Assembly (NCBI GenBank): GCA_965215275.1
Contig: OZ244044.1
Span: 192,001 to 256,000 of the forward strand
Origin: Thermodesulfobacteriota bacterium
GTDB lineage: Bacteria; Desulfobacterota_D; UBA1144; Nemesobacterales; JAJCZQ01
Length of the DNA: 64,000 bases
Reading direction: 5' to 3'
Under the pieces are notes generated by a model that worked only from the letters and a program-made list of their open reading frames with translations, ran no database searches and was not told where the DNA came from. This document shows, in pieces, positions 20,182 to 30,953 of the stretch (the first letter of the stretch is position 1; every line of letters starts with the position of its first letter). A program made the translations under genes and the position numbers.

Positions 20182-20490
20182 TCAGTATATCTTAAGAAGT
20201 TCCTTTCTGATCACTGCTCCGAGCAGATCAGGAAAGACATAGTTATGATCGGAGGTTGCACGTCCACCACCGCCAGGACCAGCATCTTATGTTAATATCT
20301 AAAGCTGGTCCTGGTGTTGGATTCACTGCCCCTACCCTGATCATGAAGTTCAGTTCATCCGTATTTCCATCTTCGTCTTCTGCCGTAGAGGTGTAAGTAC
20401 TGAAAGAGTGCTCCACTTCCTCCCGCTGCCTCAGGTAGAATTGCTGTAATTGAACTCTCTACTACGCACTGCCGATTGGAGATGGCTACT
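20182..20490 (-). pseudogene. Decayed 3' end of a surface protein paralogous to the subtilase C-terminus
   Basis: Translates as LPEAAGGSGAL...DEDGNTDELNFMIRV...GGGGRATS..PDLLGAV-IRK against LPEATAGNGEL...DEDGDTDELRFTIRV...GGGGCAVS..PDMLTAV..IRRK, with deletions and frameshifts. Confidence 0.8.
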
Positions 20491-20791
20491 CCCCCACTCC
20501 CTTAAATGAAATTCTGTTATCCAGGTTAGAAGTATAAGTGTTTTCTACGACGGGATAGAGAGAGGTAAAACCTTGAATTAATGCGGTATTGATACTTTTT
20601 ATCCTGACCGAAAGGTTATTTTCATGTCCAGGTTATAGTATGTAATTCCCGGAGTTAAATAGCATTGCTTTTCAGATTTTGCTCAGAACCCATGCAATTC
20701 AGCTTTAACTGGTTTTCTTAAAAAGAACTTTACAACGAACACCTAAAAGTTCTATAATCAATGGTATATCTTTTCTAAAGAGAGGTTTTAA

Positions 20792-22882
20792 ATGTCGTTG
20801 GAAATAGACTCGGAGAGAGTACGCAACATAGCTGTAATAGGTTCCCATGGAGTTGGAAAGACCAGTTTGTCAGAAGGATTACTTTTCATTAGCGGTGCCA
20901 CAAGTACGCTGGGAAAAGTGGATGATAACAGTTCGGTCCTTGATCACACAAAAGAAGAAAAGCAGAGAAAAATGTCCTTGACTTCTCACGTTGCCTATTT
21001 TGAGCATGAAGGACATCTTATAAACATTATCGACACCCCTGGGTTCTCGAATTTCCTGTTCGATGCAGATAGTGCGATCAAAGTAGCCGATGCGGTTATC
21101 TTTGTGGTAAATGGAGTTGAAAATTCAGGAGAACAGCTTGACAGATACTGGAGCATGGCGGCTGAAAACGACGTTCCGAGGATCTTGTTTATGAACAATA
21201 TGGACAAAGAACATGCTAATTTCGAGAAATCCTTGGAATATGTAGAGAAGAGCCTCAATATCAAAACAGTTCCGATCACAATACCTATGGGACAGGGAAA
21301 TGACTTTGGAGGAGTGATAAACCTTTTTGAGATGAAAGCCTTTGTATATAAAGGTGAGAACAAGTTCGACGTTCTTGAAATCCCGGAAAATATGGTTCAG
21401 ATGGCAAACGACTGCTATGATAAGGTCCTTGAGACCATAGCCGAACAGGATGACGAGACCCTGGTCAAATATCTTGAAGGTGAGGAGATCGGCCACGATA
21501 CCGTTATCGATATGTACAAGAAAGGCGTAAAGGAATCAACGATCTATCCTATGCTGATAGGCTCTTCAAAAAAGCTTCTGGGCCTATACTCTCTTTTGCA
21601 GGATATCAAGAGCCTGCTGCCGTCCCCGACCGAGGGAGAAGATATGGTCTGCAAAAATCCCGATGGGGATGACGTTACAAGGTCACCAGACAGTACAGGT
21701 CCTTCCTCTTTATATATATTTAAAACGGTATCTGACCCTTTTGCAGGCAAAATAAGTATCGGAAAGGTCCTGTCAGGTACTGTCAAAGCTGACTCAACGC
21801 TCTACAATTCCCACACCAGTTCTAAGATAAAGATCTCTAATCTGTCTCGATTGATCGGAAAGAACGAACATAAGATAAACGAGGCAAAAGCAGGGGATAT
21901 AGTCGGATTGAGCAAGCTCAAGGACGTGAATACGGGTACGACCTTGAGCGACGTTGACCATCCGTGCGTGATCGCTCCAGTGGAATTACCGCAGGCCGTC
22001 CTTTCTTTTGCCATAGAACCTAAAACAAGGGCCGATGAGGATAAACTTACGGTTTCTCTCTCAAGGATAATGGAGGAGGACCCCACGATAAAATTTCATA
22101 AGGAACCGGAAACGAACGAATTCCTTATTTCAGGTACAGGGCAGACACACGTTGAAGTAACGGTTGAAAAACTGCGGAACTCTTATGGAGTGAACGTTAA
22201 TCTGAAAACCCCCAAGGTACCGTACAGAGAGACCATTAAGGGCAGATCTGAAGCAGAAGGTAAGTACGTCAAGCAGACCGGGGGCAGAGGCCAGTACGGT
22301 GTTGCCAGACTGCGTATAGAACCTCTTCAGAACGGAGAAAGTTACGAATTTGTAAATGAAATAGTTGGCGGGGTTATACCGAAAAATTTTATTCCCTCAG
22401 TTGAAAAAGGGGTACAGGACGCAATGAAGAAAGGTGTTCTTGCAGGATTTCCGGTGACGGACGTTAAAATTTCCCTGTTCGATGGTAAATATCATCCCGT
22501 GGACTCTTCCGACGTTGCTTTCCAGATAGCGGGTTCAATGGGATTTAAAAAGGCAATGGAGAACGCCAGCCCGGTACTCCTGGAACCGATCATGAAAATG
22601 AACATACACGTCCCGGAGGACAATATGGGGGATGTGATCGGCGATATAAACGCCAGAAGGGGCAAGGTGGCAGGGGTGGACTCTTCTGTGACCGGTCATC
22701 ACCTTATCGACGCTCTGGTGCCAATGTCGGAAGTTATGACCTACGCACCTGAACTGAGGTCCATTACGAGCGGCAGAGGAAGTTTTACAATGGAATTTTC
22801 CCGCTATGAAGAAGTGCCGTCACAGGTATCCGCCGAAATAGTGGAACAGTTCAGGACCGCACAGGAACAAACTGATACCTGA
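20792..22882 (+). CDS. Elongation factor G-like protein (EF-G2)
   Basis: Full EF-G domain order with KQTGGRGQYG and YHPVDSS, but G-motifs GSHGVGKT, RKMSL, DTPGF, NNMD are divergent as in EF-G II. Confidence 0.92.
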   Translation: MSLEIDSERVRNIAVIGSHGVGKTSLSEGLLFISGATSTLGKVDDNSSVLDHTKEEKQRKMSLTSHVAYFEHEGHLINIIDTPGFSNFLFDADSAIKVADAVIFVVNGVENSGEQLDRYWSMAAENDVPRILFMNNMDKEHANFEKSLEYVEKSLNIKTVPITIPMGQGNDFGGVINLFEMKAFVYKGENKFDVLEIPENMVQMANDCYDKVLETIAEQDDETLVKYLEGEEIGHDTVIDMYKKGVKESTIYPMLIGSSKKLLGLYSLLQDIKSLLPSPTEGEDMVCKNPDGDDVTRSPDSTGPSSLYIFKTVSDPFAGKISIGKVLSGTVKADSTLYNSHTSSKIKISNLSRLIGKNEHKINEAKAGDIVGLSKLKDVNTGTTLSDVDHPCVIAPVELPQAVLSFAIEPKTRADEDKLTVSLSRIMEEDPTIKFHKEPETNEFLISGTGQTHVEVTVEKLRNSYGVNVNLKTPKVPYRETIKGRSEAEGKYVKQTGGRGQYGVARLRIEPLQNGESYEFVNEIVGGVIPKNFIPSVEKGVQDAMKKGVLAGFPVTDVKISLFDGKYHPVDSSDVAFQIAGSMGFKKAMENASPVLLEPIMKMNIHVPEDNMGDVIGDINARRGKVAGVDSSVTGHHLIDALVPMSEVMTYAPELRSITSGRGSFTMEFSRYEEVPSQVSAEIVEQFRTAQEQTDT

Positions 22883-22899
22883 CAGGTCCTGTCTTTTTT
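22881..22899 (+). terminator. Possible short intrinsic terminator
   Basis: GACAG-GTC-CTGTC followed by T6. Confidence 0.45.
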
Positions 22900-22921
22900 G
22901 CTCAATACACTTCGTTCTGAG

Positions 22922-23551
22922 CTACGGTGCTATCCTCTCAATGACCCATTTATGGTCTTCTAACCTGTATCTGAACCTGTCGTGAAGTCTGTTCTTTCTG
23001 CCTTGCCAGAACTCAAATCCTTCCGCTGTTAACATGTAGCCCTTCCAGTGTTCCGGTCTTGGGACTTCGGTCCCTGTGAACTTTTTATCGTAATGCCGGT
23101 AAAGCCTGTCAAGTTCTTCCCTGCTTTCTAATACATTACTCTGGTCTGATGCCCAGGCACCCAGCTGACTTCCCCGTGGTCGGGTTTTAAAGTAAAGGTC
23201 GCTTTCCTCGTCCTTTAGATTTTCCACGACCCCTTCGATCCTGACCTGTCTTTCCACTTCGTTCCACCAGAAGCACATCGAGGCCCTGTTGTTCTTTTCC
23301 AGCTCTTTTCCCTTTTTGCTGTTCATGTTCGTGTAAAACTTAAATCCGTTCCCGGTCCTGCCCTTATACAGAAGGACCCTGGAAGACGGTGCCTTATCGT
23401 CCGCCACGGTGGAAAGTACGAAAGCGTCCGCATATTTTATTCTGGAAGTTACGGCTTCTTTATACCAGATATCGAACTGCTCGAGCGGGTCAGAGGACAG
23501 ATGTTCCCTTCGCAGCTGCATAAGTTCATATTGGGTATCTTTTGATGACAT
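22922..23551 (-). CDS. pdxH: Pyridoxamine 5'-phosphate oxidase
   Basis: SRVLLYK, FYTN, RQVRIEG, EFWQGRKNRLHDR. Confidence 0.96.
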   Translation of the reverse strand: MSSKDTQYELMQLRREHLSSDPLEQFDIWYKEAVTSRIKYADAFVLSTVADDKAPSSRVLLYKGRTGNGFKFYTNMNSKKGKELEKNNRASMCFWWNEVERQVRIEGVVENLKDEESDLYFKTRPRGSQLGAWASDQSNVLESREELDRLYRHYDKKFTGTEVPRPEHWKGYMLTAEGFEFWQGRKNRLHDRFRYRLEDHKWVIERIAP

Positions 23552-23552
23552 T

Positions 23553-24470
23553 TTATTTCACCAGCTTGATCAGGGTTCTTTTTATATCCGTGTCGATAAA
23601 CCTGTAACCGTTTTCCAGCAGTTTCCCTGGTCTTACGTTTACGCCGGAAAGTATGACCTCCTCTGCCATTTCTCCAAAGATCGATCTTATAATAAATCCA
23701 GGCAGATGAAAAAAAGCAGGTCTGTTAAGGACCTCTGCCAGTATCTTTGTAAAATGGGCATTGGTGCACGGGTTAGGAGATACAAGGTTTACCGGTCCTT
23801 CTATCTTATCATTTTTCAGAACGAACTTTATCGAGGAAACTATATCGTCAATGGATATCCAGCTCCATATCTGCTCGCCGCTGCCTATATGGCCCCCCAG
23901 TCCCAGACTGAAAGGCAGTAGCATCTTTGATAACGCTCCACCTCTTTTATCCAGCACCAGACCGATCCTCAGGTTAACCACCCTGGCACCAAGCTCCCTT
24001 GCACGACCTGCTGCTGCTTCCCAGTCCCTGGCAAGTCCTGCAAGAAAGCCCGAACCCGATAATTCGGAACGTTCATCTGCCATGACGGACCCGGCGGGAC
24101 TGTATATCCCTATTGCCGAGGCACATAGGAAATGTCCGGGAGGATCTGATACCTTTTTAAATATATCTGCAAGTAACCTTGTGGTGTCTACCCTGCTTTT
24201 AACGATCCTTCTTTTCTTTCTTTCGGTCCATCTGCTGACGATGTTCTCACCAGCTAAATGTATTACCGAATCAAACCCTTCAAAATCAGACAGTTCATAG
24301 TTTTCGTTCTCATAATCTATAAATACCGTGTCTCTGGAAGACCTTGAAGCGGACCTTGCCAGTTTTATCACCTCATGACCTTCATCCGTAAGAGCGGTTA
24401 CCAGACTTCTTCCTATCAGTCCACTGGAACCTGAAATAAGTATTCTCATTGAAAGCTGATCCTGTCCCAT
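23553..24470 (-). CDS. TIGR01777/YfcH-family NAD-dependent epimerase
   Basis: SGSSGLIG, HLAGENI, SRVDTT, LGLGG, GPVN; true start possibly 24449. Confidence 0.9.
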   Translation of the reverse strand: MGQDQLSMRILISGSSGLIGRSLVTALTDEGHEVIKLARSASRSSRDTVFIDYENENYELSDFEGFDSVIHLAGENIVSRWTERKKRRIVKSRVDTTRLLADIFKKVSDPPGHFLCASAIGIYSPAGSVMADERSELSGSGFLAGLARDWEAAAGRARELGARVVNLRIGLVLDKRGGALSKMLLPFSLGLGGHIGSGEQIWSWISIDDIVSSIKFVLKNDKIEGPVNLVSPNPCTNAHFTKILAEVLNRPAFFHLPGFIIRSIFGEMAEEVILSGVNVRPGKLLENGYRFIDTDIKRTLIKLVK

Positions 24471-24488
24471 TGATACCCTCGTTAAAAC

Positions 24489-25505
24489 TTAATTTCCAAA
24501 AACACGAAGCAGTTCATATTGATATTTTTTAACGTCCTCGTAATCAATAAAATAATGCGGGACGCTCAGTATCGGCAGATCTATTATCTTTCTGTAACCG
24601 TCTATTTTTTCTCTGCATTGGTCCTCGTTGCCGATCACTGCAAAGTTCTCGACCATATCGTCTGAAACGTTTTCGATCATCCCTTTGATGTCCTTATTGA
24701 AGTACGCGTCCCTTATTCTTCTCGTCTGGTCGGAAAATCCTGCCATCTCAAAAGGCCGTCTGTAAGTCTTAACCACTGCATAAAACCCTATGGTCGCCTT
24801 TGCCGCTTTTTTAGCTTTTTCGGCTTCTCTGGGTTTATTCGCAACGGCACAGGTAATGATAGAAGATACCGTAAAATCACTTCTTTGTTTATCTGCTTCT
24901 TCAAGTCCCTCATTGATCGCCGGTATTATACTGTCTTTCAAATAGCTTTTATGACAGACGACGTGACCTAAATAACCATCTGCGATCTTAGCCGACGATC
25001 TTGCCATGTTATTCCCTATACCGGCCATATACAGGGGTATTTTATCCCTGACGGGTTTAAAGGCCCTTTTAAATCCCCTGGTGTTTATATCGTAATATTC
25101 ACCACTGTACCTGTGCTCTGTATCCATGTGTGAGGATGATATATAGTGCCTGATTATCTCCACGCATTCCTCTATCCTTTTAACTGGTTTTCCGTACTTG
25201 ATCCCATGGTACCTTTCGTTGGTGTTCTTTGCCCCTGTCCCAAGTCCCAGTATGAACCTTCCATCGGACATTTCATCCAGATCAAGTGCCGTCAGTGAGG
25301 TGATCAAAGGACTTCTTGTAAAAGCCAGTGCAACGGCACTTCCCAGTTTTATTCTGTTTGTCACGGAGGAGACGGCGGCCAGTTGCTGAAAAGAGGTCCT
25401 GTACAGTTCGGTCGACCAGACTGAATGGAAGTTCGAACCTTCAGCCCTTATGGCCAGTTCCTTAATATCCTCAATTGATGCAGAATCAAGTATTAATCCC
25501 GTCAT
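24489..25505 (-). CDS. Luciferase-like (LLM) flavin/F420-dependent oxidoreductase
   Basis: AVALAFTRSP, SDGRFILGLGTG, ADGYLGH. Confidence 0.88.
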   Translation of the reverse strand: MTGLILDSASIEDIKELAIRAEGSNFHSVWSTELYRTSFQQLAAVSSVTNRIKLGSAVALAFTRSPLITSLTALDLDEMSDGRFILGLGTGAKNTNERYHGIKYGKPVKRIEECVEIIRHYISSSHMDTEHRYSGEYYDINTRGFKRAFKPVRDKIPLYMAGIGNNMARSSAKIADGYLGHVVCHKSYLKDSIIPAINEGLEEADKQRSDFTVSSIITCAVANKPREAEKAKKAAKATIGFYAVVKTYRRPFEMAGFSDQTRRIRDAYFNKDIKGMIENVSDDMVENFAVIGNEDQCREKIDGYRKIIDLPILSVPHYFIDYEDVKKYQYELLRVFGN

Positions 25506-25664
25506 TAAAGCCTTATACCAGTATCACAAAGGTCAGATCCTGGTTTTTACCTTTTTGTATCAGTTCTCTTGCAAGAAATTAAATAATTTTTACTGTTAGA
25601 GTATATTATAACGAGAGATAGGACTTTTTAGAAAAACACAAAGAGGTATCATACAGGATAAAAG

Positions 25665-26345
25665 ATGGATAAACGTACTGATCATACAGGTATCTTCAAG
25701 TTCATAATATCTTCCGTCCGGGTCCACAAGATGTTCAATTTTATGTGTTCGCTGGTGATATTACTGGTCCTGTCGGCTGCGATGGAAGATTATAAATATG
25801 GAGATCTGGTACTTGGCTGTCTAAGCGTTCTTGTGATCGCTGCAGGCGTGTACGTTGCGTCTGCGAATAAAAGGTCAGTGGTGATATTGCTTATACTGGC
25901 TCTCCCGTGGTTCCTTTCCGAATGGTTTTTTACGATCGACAAGGCCGTTTTTGTTGGGTTTTTTTTCTTTCTTTACGTGATCTGGATCTTGTTCGATATG
26001 ATCCTCAAGTCAAAGGACATAACGGAAAACACTTTGTATAGTGCGGTCTGTATCTATCTTCTGATCGGACTTCTCTGGGCATCGCTTTACGGCCTGATAG
26101 ATGAAATAGTACCGGGGGTGATCTTTTCGGACCAGCATGAAAAAAGTTACTTAACTCACAATGAACTCATCTATTTCAGTTACACAACACTGACGACGCT
26201 GGGATACGGGGATATAACGTCCATAACTCCCGTTGGAAGGATAATGTCTGTTATAGAGGCGATTACCGGACAGCTCTTTATCGTTTTCATGGTCGGAAGA
26301 CTGCTGAGTATATACTCTTTCAAGTCCAGAAGGGACGATAGATAA
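25665..26345 (+). CDS. Potassium-channel-like membrane protein (Ion_trans_2)
   Basis: Several TM helices and selectivity filter TLTTLGYGD. Confidence 0.88.
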   Translation: MDKRTDHTGIFKFIISSVRVHKMFNFMCSLVILLVLSAAMEDYKYGDLVLGCLSVLVIAAGVYVASANKRSVVILLILALPWFLSEWFFTIDKAVFVGFFFFLYVIWILFDMILKSKDITENTLYSAVCIYLLIGLLWASLYGLIDEIVPGVIFSDQHEKSYLTHNELIYFSYTTLTTLGYGDITSITPVGRIMSVIEAITGQLFIVFMVGRLLSIYSFKSRRDDR

Positions 26346-26371
26346 GCTGCTAGTCTAGGGCTTTATTACCT

Positions 26372-27208
26372 TTAACGGCCGTTATCTCTGAGCTGCTTCA
26401 GAAGCTTTATATCAGCGGCAACTTTATCAGGAGGATTTTCAACTATAACGTCCATAGGAGCTAGCCTCTTGTCACCTATTATCGTTTTAAATCCTTCTAC
26501 ACCTATATTACCTTTCCCTATGAGTTCATGTCGGTCTTTTCTTTCACCCAGACCGACACCTGTATCATTACCGTGTATCAGCTTAATACGGTCCATCCCG
26601 AACGTTCTATCAGCCTGCTCAAGCGAGAGGTTGAGCGCTTTACTGCTTCTGATATCATAACCTGCGCCGAACATATGGGCCGTATCAAGACAGACCCCCA
26701 GATCGCTTTTGTTAACGCGGTCCAGTATGAAGGCAAGTTCCTCGAACCTATGACCGATCGTATCACCCTGTCCTGCCGAGTTCTCAAGCAGCAGGGCAGC
26801 TTGTCCTTCGTACCCTTCCAGGACCTTAATGATCGAAGCAGCGACCCTGTCCAGTGCCACCTTACGGTCCATACCTTTTGAACTTCCGAGATGGGTCATT
26901 ACGTACGTTACTTCAAGAAGTGATGCTCTTTCCAGGTCCTCTCTGATGATCCTTATTGAATTATCCCTGACGTCCTCGTTCACAGAGGCTAAGTTCAGAA
27001 AGTAAGGCGTGTGAACGTGGTAGCCGCTGAAGCCGTATTTTCTGCAGTCTGATAAGAACTTATCAACTACTTTATCGTCCAGCGGAGACGGCTTTCCTCC
27101 CCTTGGGGACCTTGTAAACAGCTGAAAGCATTCACACCCCAGTTCAAAGGCCCTGCCGGGTGCGTTGTCGATCCCTCCGGCGATCGATACATGAGTTCCA
27201 AAATGCAT
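26372..27208 (-). CDS. nfo: Endonuclease IV
   Basis: GTHVSIAGG, HTPYFLNL, LENSAG, CLDTAH, DRHE. Confidence 0.95.
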   Translation of the reverse strand: MHFGTHVSIAGGIDNAPGRAFELGCECFQLFTRSPRGGKPSPLDDKVVDKFLSDCRKYGFSGYHVHTPYFLNLASVNEDVRDNSIRIIREDLERASLLEVTYVMTHLGSSKGMDRKVALDRVAASIIKVLEGYEGQAALLLENSAGQGDTIGHRFEELAFILDRVNKSDLGVCLDTAHMFGAGYDIRSSKALNLSLEQADRTFGMDRIKLIHGNDTGVGLGERKDRHELIGKGNIGVEGFKTIIGDKRLAPMDVIVENPPDKVAADIKLLKQLRDNGR

Positions 27209-27301
27209 TAGATATATCTCCTGATCAATGTTTTAAATAAAACAGTTACAGTGCATACTTAAAGCAGTTTCTACATAAACGTACATAGTTCCCACAGATT
27301 T

Positions 27302-28963
27302 TTAAGATGTTTCGGACAGCATCTCTTTTGCCACCTCGAGCGTTTTTGCAGTAACGTTCTTTCCTGCAAGCATCCTGCTCATCTCCTCAACTCTTTCTTT
27401 GTTACTTAACTTATCTATCTGCACGCTTGTACTGGAACCTTCAATGAACTTGGACACTCTTATATGGGACTGGGCGAACTTTGCCACCTGAGGCAGATGA
27501 GTTATACAGATGACCTGATTATTTTCAGAGAGTCCCCTGATCTTTTTTCCTATTATTTCCGCGGTAATACCCCCAATGCCCGAATCTGCCTCATCGAATA
27601 TCAATATTGCTCCCGTCTCTTTATTTGAGAGCATGTTCTTTAAAAGTAACATTATCCTTGATAATTCTCCTCCCGACGCCACTTTGCTCAAAGGCTTTGG
27701 CTTCTCACCCGGATTTGCCGTGAATAAGAACGAAACGTTATCTATACCATCGATAGAAACGGGCTTGCTCTCTATTTTTATATCGAGCATAGAGCCTTTA
27801 AGTCCCACGTCCTTAGCTTCCTTAGTGAAGGACCTCATCAGCTTTCTGGATGATTCCTTTCTTTTAAGGGAAAGTCTTTCGGCAGAGGAGCTTAGTTCAT
27901 CAAGCGACCGCTTGCCGTCCTGCTTCAGTTTATCGACCGTATCGTCCAGCTTTGTCAGTTCAGAAAGTTCCTGCGATATTGTTTCATGCTTTGTCAGTAT
28001 TTCTGTAACCGTACTACCGTACTTTCTTTTTAGACCGTTTATCTCTGATATCCTGTAATTGATCTCCTCCAGTCTTTCAGGGTCTGACTGTACCTTGGAC
28101 AGATAATCCATTAAACTGAAAGAAATATCTTCGATCTCGACCGTGACCGATGCCACTGCCTCACCAAGACCCGTCAAGTCAGGGTCTATTTCCTGTATTT
28201 TTTCGACCTCTTTTGAAAGGTTTTTAATAGTGTTGTACGAGGAAGACCCGGATTCATAGATATCAGCGTATACCCTGTTCAGCGTATCGACGATCTTCTC
28301 GGCATTTGACAGTATCTTTTCCTCCTGTCTGAGGTTTTCTTCCTCATCTGCCCGCAGACCTGCATCATCTAACTCTTTGAGCTGATATTTCAGAAATTCT
28401 TCTCTTTCGGTCCGGTCTTTAGCAGCTATAAGGGCCTGTTCGAGCTTTTTGCTGATACACAGGTACCTGGAATATGAATTTTTATGCTCTTCAAGCAGGG
28501 AAAGGTTATTCGAGTAAGAATCCAGGAACCTTATATGGCCGCCGGGCTTGATCAGCGACTGATGTTCATGCTGTCCGAATATATCGATCAAACCGGTCGT
28601 TATATCAGAAAGCGTACTCAGCGTAGCGATGCTTCCATTGATAAATATCTTACCCTTTCCCGTAAGCGGTATTATCCTTTTGATAACCAGCTGTTCATCA
28701 CTTGTGCTATATCCCCTGTCTTCCAGCTTATCCGACAGTTCTTTATTATTGGTAATATCGAACAGTGCTTCCACTGTGGTCTGATTGGTTCCCGTCTTTA
28801 CGATATCGGAAGATACCTTATCACCTAAAAGTATGTTGATAGCGTCTATGATTATGGATTTTCCAGTTCCGGTCTCACCTGTGATTATATTAAGACCATC
28901 TGAGAACTCCACGGTCAGACTGTCTATTATTGCGTAATTCTTTAGAGAGATTTGAACGATCAT
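27302..28963 (-). CDS. recN: DNA repair protein RecN
   Basis: GETGTGKS, GQHEHQ, ASGGELSR, FDEADSGIGG, ITHLPQVA. Confidence 0.97.
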   Translation of the reverse strand: MIVQISLKNYAIIDSLTVEFSDGLNIITGETGTGKSIIIDAINILLGDKVSSDIVKTGTNQTTVEALFDITNNKELSDKLEDRGYSTSDEQLVIKRIIPLTGKGKIFINGSIATLSTLSDITTGLIDIFGQHEHQSLIKPGGHIRFLDSYSNNLSLLEEHKNSYSRYLCISKKLEQALIAAKDRTEREEFLKYQLKELDDAGLRADEEENLRQEEKILSNAEKIVDTLNRVYADIYESGSSSYNTIKNLSKEVEKIQEIDPDLTGLGEAVASVTVEIEDISFSLMDYLSKVQSDPERLEEINYRISEINGLKRKYGSTVTEILTKHETISQELSELTKLDDTVDKLKQDGKRSLDELSSSAERLSLKRKESSRKLMRSFTKEAKDVGLKGSMLDIKIESKPVSIDGIDNVSFLFTANPGEKPKPLSKVASGGELSRIMLLLKNMLSNKETGAILIFDEADSGIGGITAEIIGKKIRGLSENNQVICITHLPQVAKFAQSHIRVSKFIEGSSTSVQIDKLSNKERVEEMSRMLAGKNVTAKTLEVAKEMLSETS

Positions 28964-29040
28964 GGCAGCTGTTTAAAACGTTTATCAGGATATAATACAT
29001 TTTCTTTCTGCACAACAAAGGTTACTGGGGTCTTTCCACC

Positions 29041-30342
29041 CTATTCTTTTATCTGTCCTTTGCCCCAGACAACGAATTTCTTGGAAGTCAGTTCTTCAAG
29101 TCCCATGGGTCCAAAGGCGTGGAGCTTGGAGGTACTGATACCTATTTCAGCACCCAGTCCCAACTCAAATCCATCGTTAAATCTGGTAGAAGCATTTACG
29201 ATCACGGCGGAAGAGTTAACACGGCTTAAAAAATATTGAGCATTATTATGACTTTCGGTAATGATAGCATCGGTATGCATAGAACCGTACTTATGTATAT
29301 GCGTGATCGCACCTTCTATATCCTCGACTACTTTTATGTTAAGTATAAGATCAAGGTACTCTTGATGATAATCCTGTTCGTCAGCCAGTTTAATACCTTT
29401 TATTATATCGTTCGTCCGTGCACATCCCCTGATCTCCACCCCGTTTTTTATTAACTCTTCTGAAACCAGCGGCAGGAACTCCTCTGAAACGTCCTTGTGT
29501 ACAAGGAGCGTCTCCATTGAGTTACAGACGCCAGGTCTTTGGACTTTGGAATTTACTGCGACTTTTACCGCACGTTCAAGGTCGGCACTCTCGTCCACAA
29601 AGACGTGACATACGCCTTTGTAGTGCTTTAAGACCGGGATCCTTGAGTTCTCAGATACAAATCTGATAAGTGCTTCACCACCTCTGGGTATTATCAGATC
29701 GATCTGGTCTTCAAGTTTTAACATATTAAGGACCACGTCCCTGCTGGTTACAGGAACGACCTGTACGCAGTTTTCGGGTATTCCCACTTCGTTCAGGGCT
29801 TCTTTTATTACCTTTGCAATGGCGAGATTGGAATTGATCGCCTCTGATCCGCCGCGAAGTATAACGGAATTGCCAGCTTTTAAGCACAGGGAGGCGGCAT
29901 CAAGCGTAACGTTAGGCCTGGATTCGTAGATTATTCCGATCACGCCAAGCGGTATCCTCATCTGTCCGACCACCAGTCCGTTGGGACGTTCCCATTTTTT
30001 TACGACCTCGCCAACGGGGTCTTTGAGAGAAGCGATCTGCTTGAGGCTTTCGACCATGGAACTTATCCTTTGTTCGTTCAACACAAGTCTGTCCACGAGT
30101 GCACTGGATAAGCCTTTTTTTTCCGCACGTTCCACGTCCAGTTTGTTCTGAGACCGTATAAGGTCTTTACTGCCTGTAATTTTATCAGCGATCGTTAAAA
30201 GAGCCTGGTCTTTCAGTTTGGTATCTACCGTTGAAAGGACCAGAGAGGACCGCTTGGCATCAAGTGCAATATCTTTGATCAGCTTAGCGGTATCTGAACC
30301 GACACTGCCTTCTTGTTCTCTTTTTTGCATAGAGCTGGACAT
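29041..30342 (-). CDS. proA: Gamma-glutamyl phosphate reductase
   Basis: PLGVIGIIYESRPNVT, RPGVCNSME, NASTRFNDG. Confidence 0.97.
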   Translation of the reverse strand: MSSSMQKREQEGSVGSDTAKLIKDIALDAKRSSLVLSTVDTKLKDQALLTIADKITGSKDLIRSQNKLDVERAEKKGLSSALVDRLVLNEQRISSMVESLKQIASLKDPVGEVVKKWERPNGLVVGQMRIPLGVIGIIYESRPNVTLDAASLCLKAGNSVILRGGSEAINSNLAIAKVIKEALNEVGIPENCVQVVPVTSRDVVLNMLKLEDQIDLIIPRGGEALIRFVSENSRIPVLKHYKGVCHVFVDESADLERAVKVAVNSKVQRPGVCNSMETLLVHKDVSEEFLPLVSEELIKNGVEIRGCARTNDIIKGIKLADEQDYHQEYLDLILNIKVVEDIEGAITHIHKYGSMHTDAIITESHNNAQYFLSRVNSSAVIVNASTRFNDGFELGLGAEIGISTSKLHAFGPMGLEELTSKKFVVWGKGQIKE

Positions 30343-30356
30343 GGACGGTCACTTCG

Positions 30357-30953
30357 TTAACGGATAATACCTTTTTCTTTAAGATATTTAACTATAAGCT
30401 CTGTACCCTCGTCGATCCCTGATTGGTCCGTCTTTATGGTTATCTCTGGAGCAAGTGGTTCTTCGTACGGGTCATCGATACCGGTAAAACCCTTTATGAT
30501 CCCCTCACGAGCTTTTTTGTATAAGCCTTTAACGTCCCTTTTTTCACATTCTTCAACGGGACAGTCCACGAATACTTCTATAAATTCTCCGCTTTCGACT
30601 ATTTCCCTTATCTTGTCCCTGTCCGCTCTGTATGGCGAAACGAATGCAGAAAGAACAATGATCCCCGCGTCCACGAAAAGCTTTGAAACTTCACCGATCC
30701 GCCTTATGTTTTCCTCTCTGTCGTCAGCTGAAAAGCCAAGGTCTTTACAAAGTCCCATCCTTACGTTGTCTCCATCCAGAATATAGGTCCGTGCCTGTTG
30801 CTCGATCAGTATTTTTTCGACTTCATTGGCTATAGTGGATTTTCCTGAGCAGGGAAGCCCGGTAAACCAGATAATTGCCGAACCATGCTTGTTCAATCTT
30901 CTTCTGTCGTCTTTGCCGATCTCATGATCATGCGGGATTACAAATCTTTCCAT
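30357..30953 (-). CDS. cysC: Adenylyl-sulfate kinase
   Basis: TGLPCSGKST, LDGDNVR, RDVKGLY, FTGIDDPYE. Confidence 0.96.
   Translation of the reverse strand: MERFVIPHDHEIGKDDRRRLNKHGSAIIWFTGLPCSGKSTIANEVEKILIEQQARTYILDGDNVRMGLCKDLGFSADDREENIRRIGEVSKLFVDAGIIVLSAFVSPYRADRDKIREIVESGEFIEVFVDCPVEECEKRDVKGLYKKAREGIIKGFTGIDDPYEEPLAPEITIKTDQSGIDEGTELIVKYLKEKGIIR

Noticed and set aside
20273..20314. Hairpin CCAGGACCAGC/GCTGGTCCTGG with a 14-nt match to positions 17-30, as a REP element
   Set aside because: Explained by PGPA/AGPG codons of the pseudogene linker; one short match is insufficient
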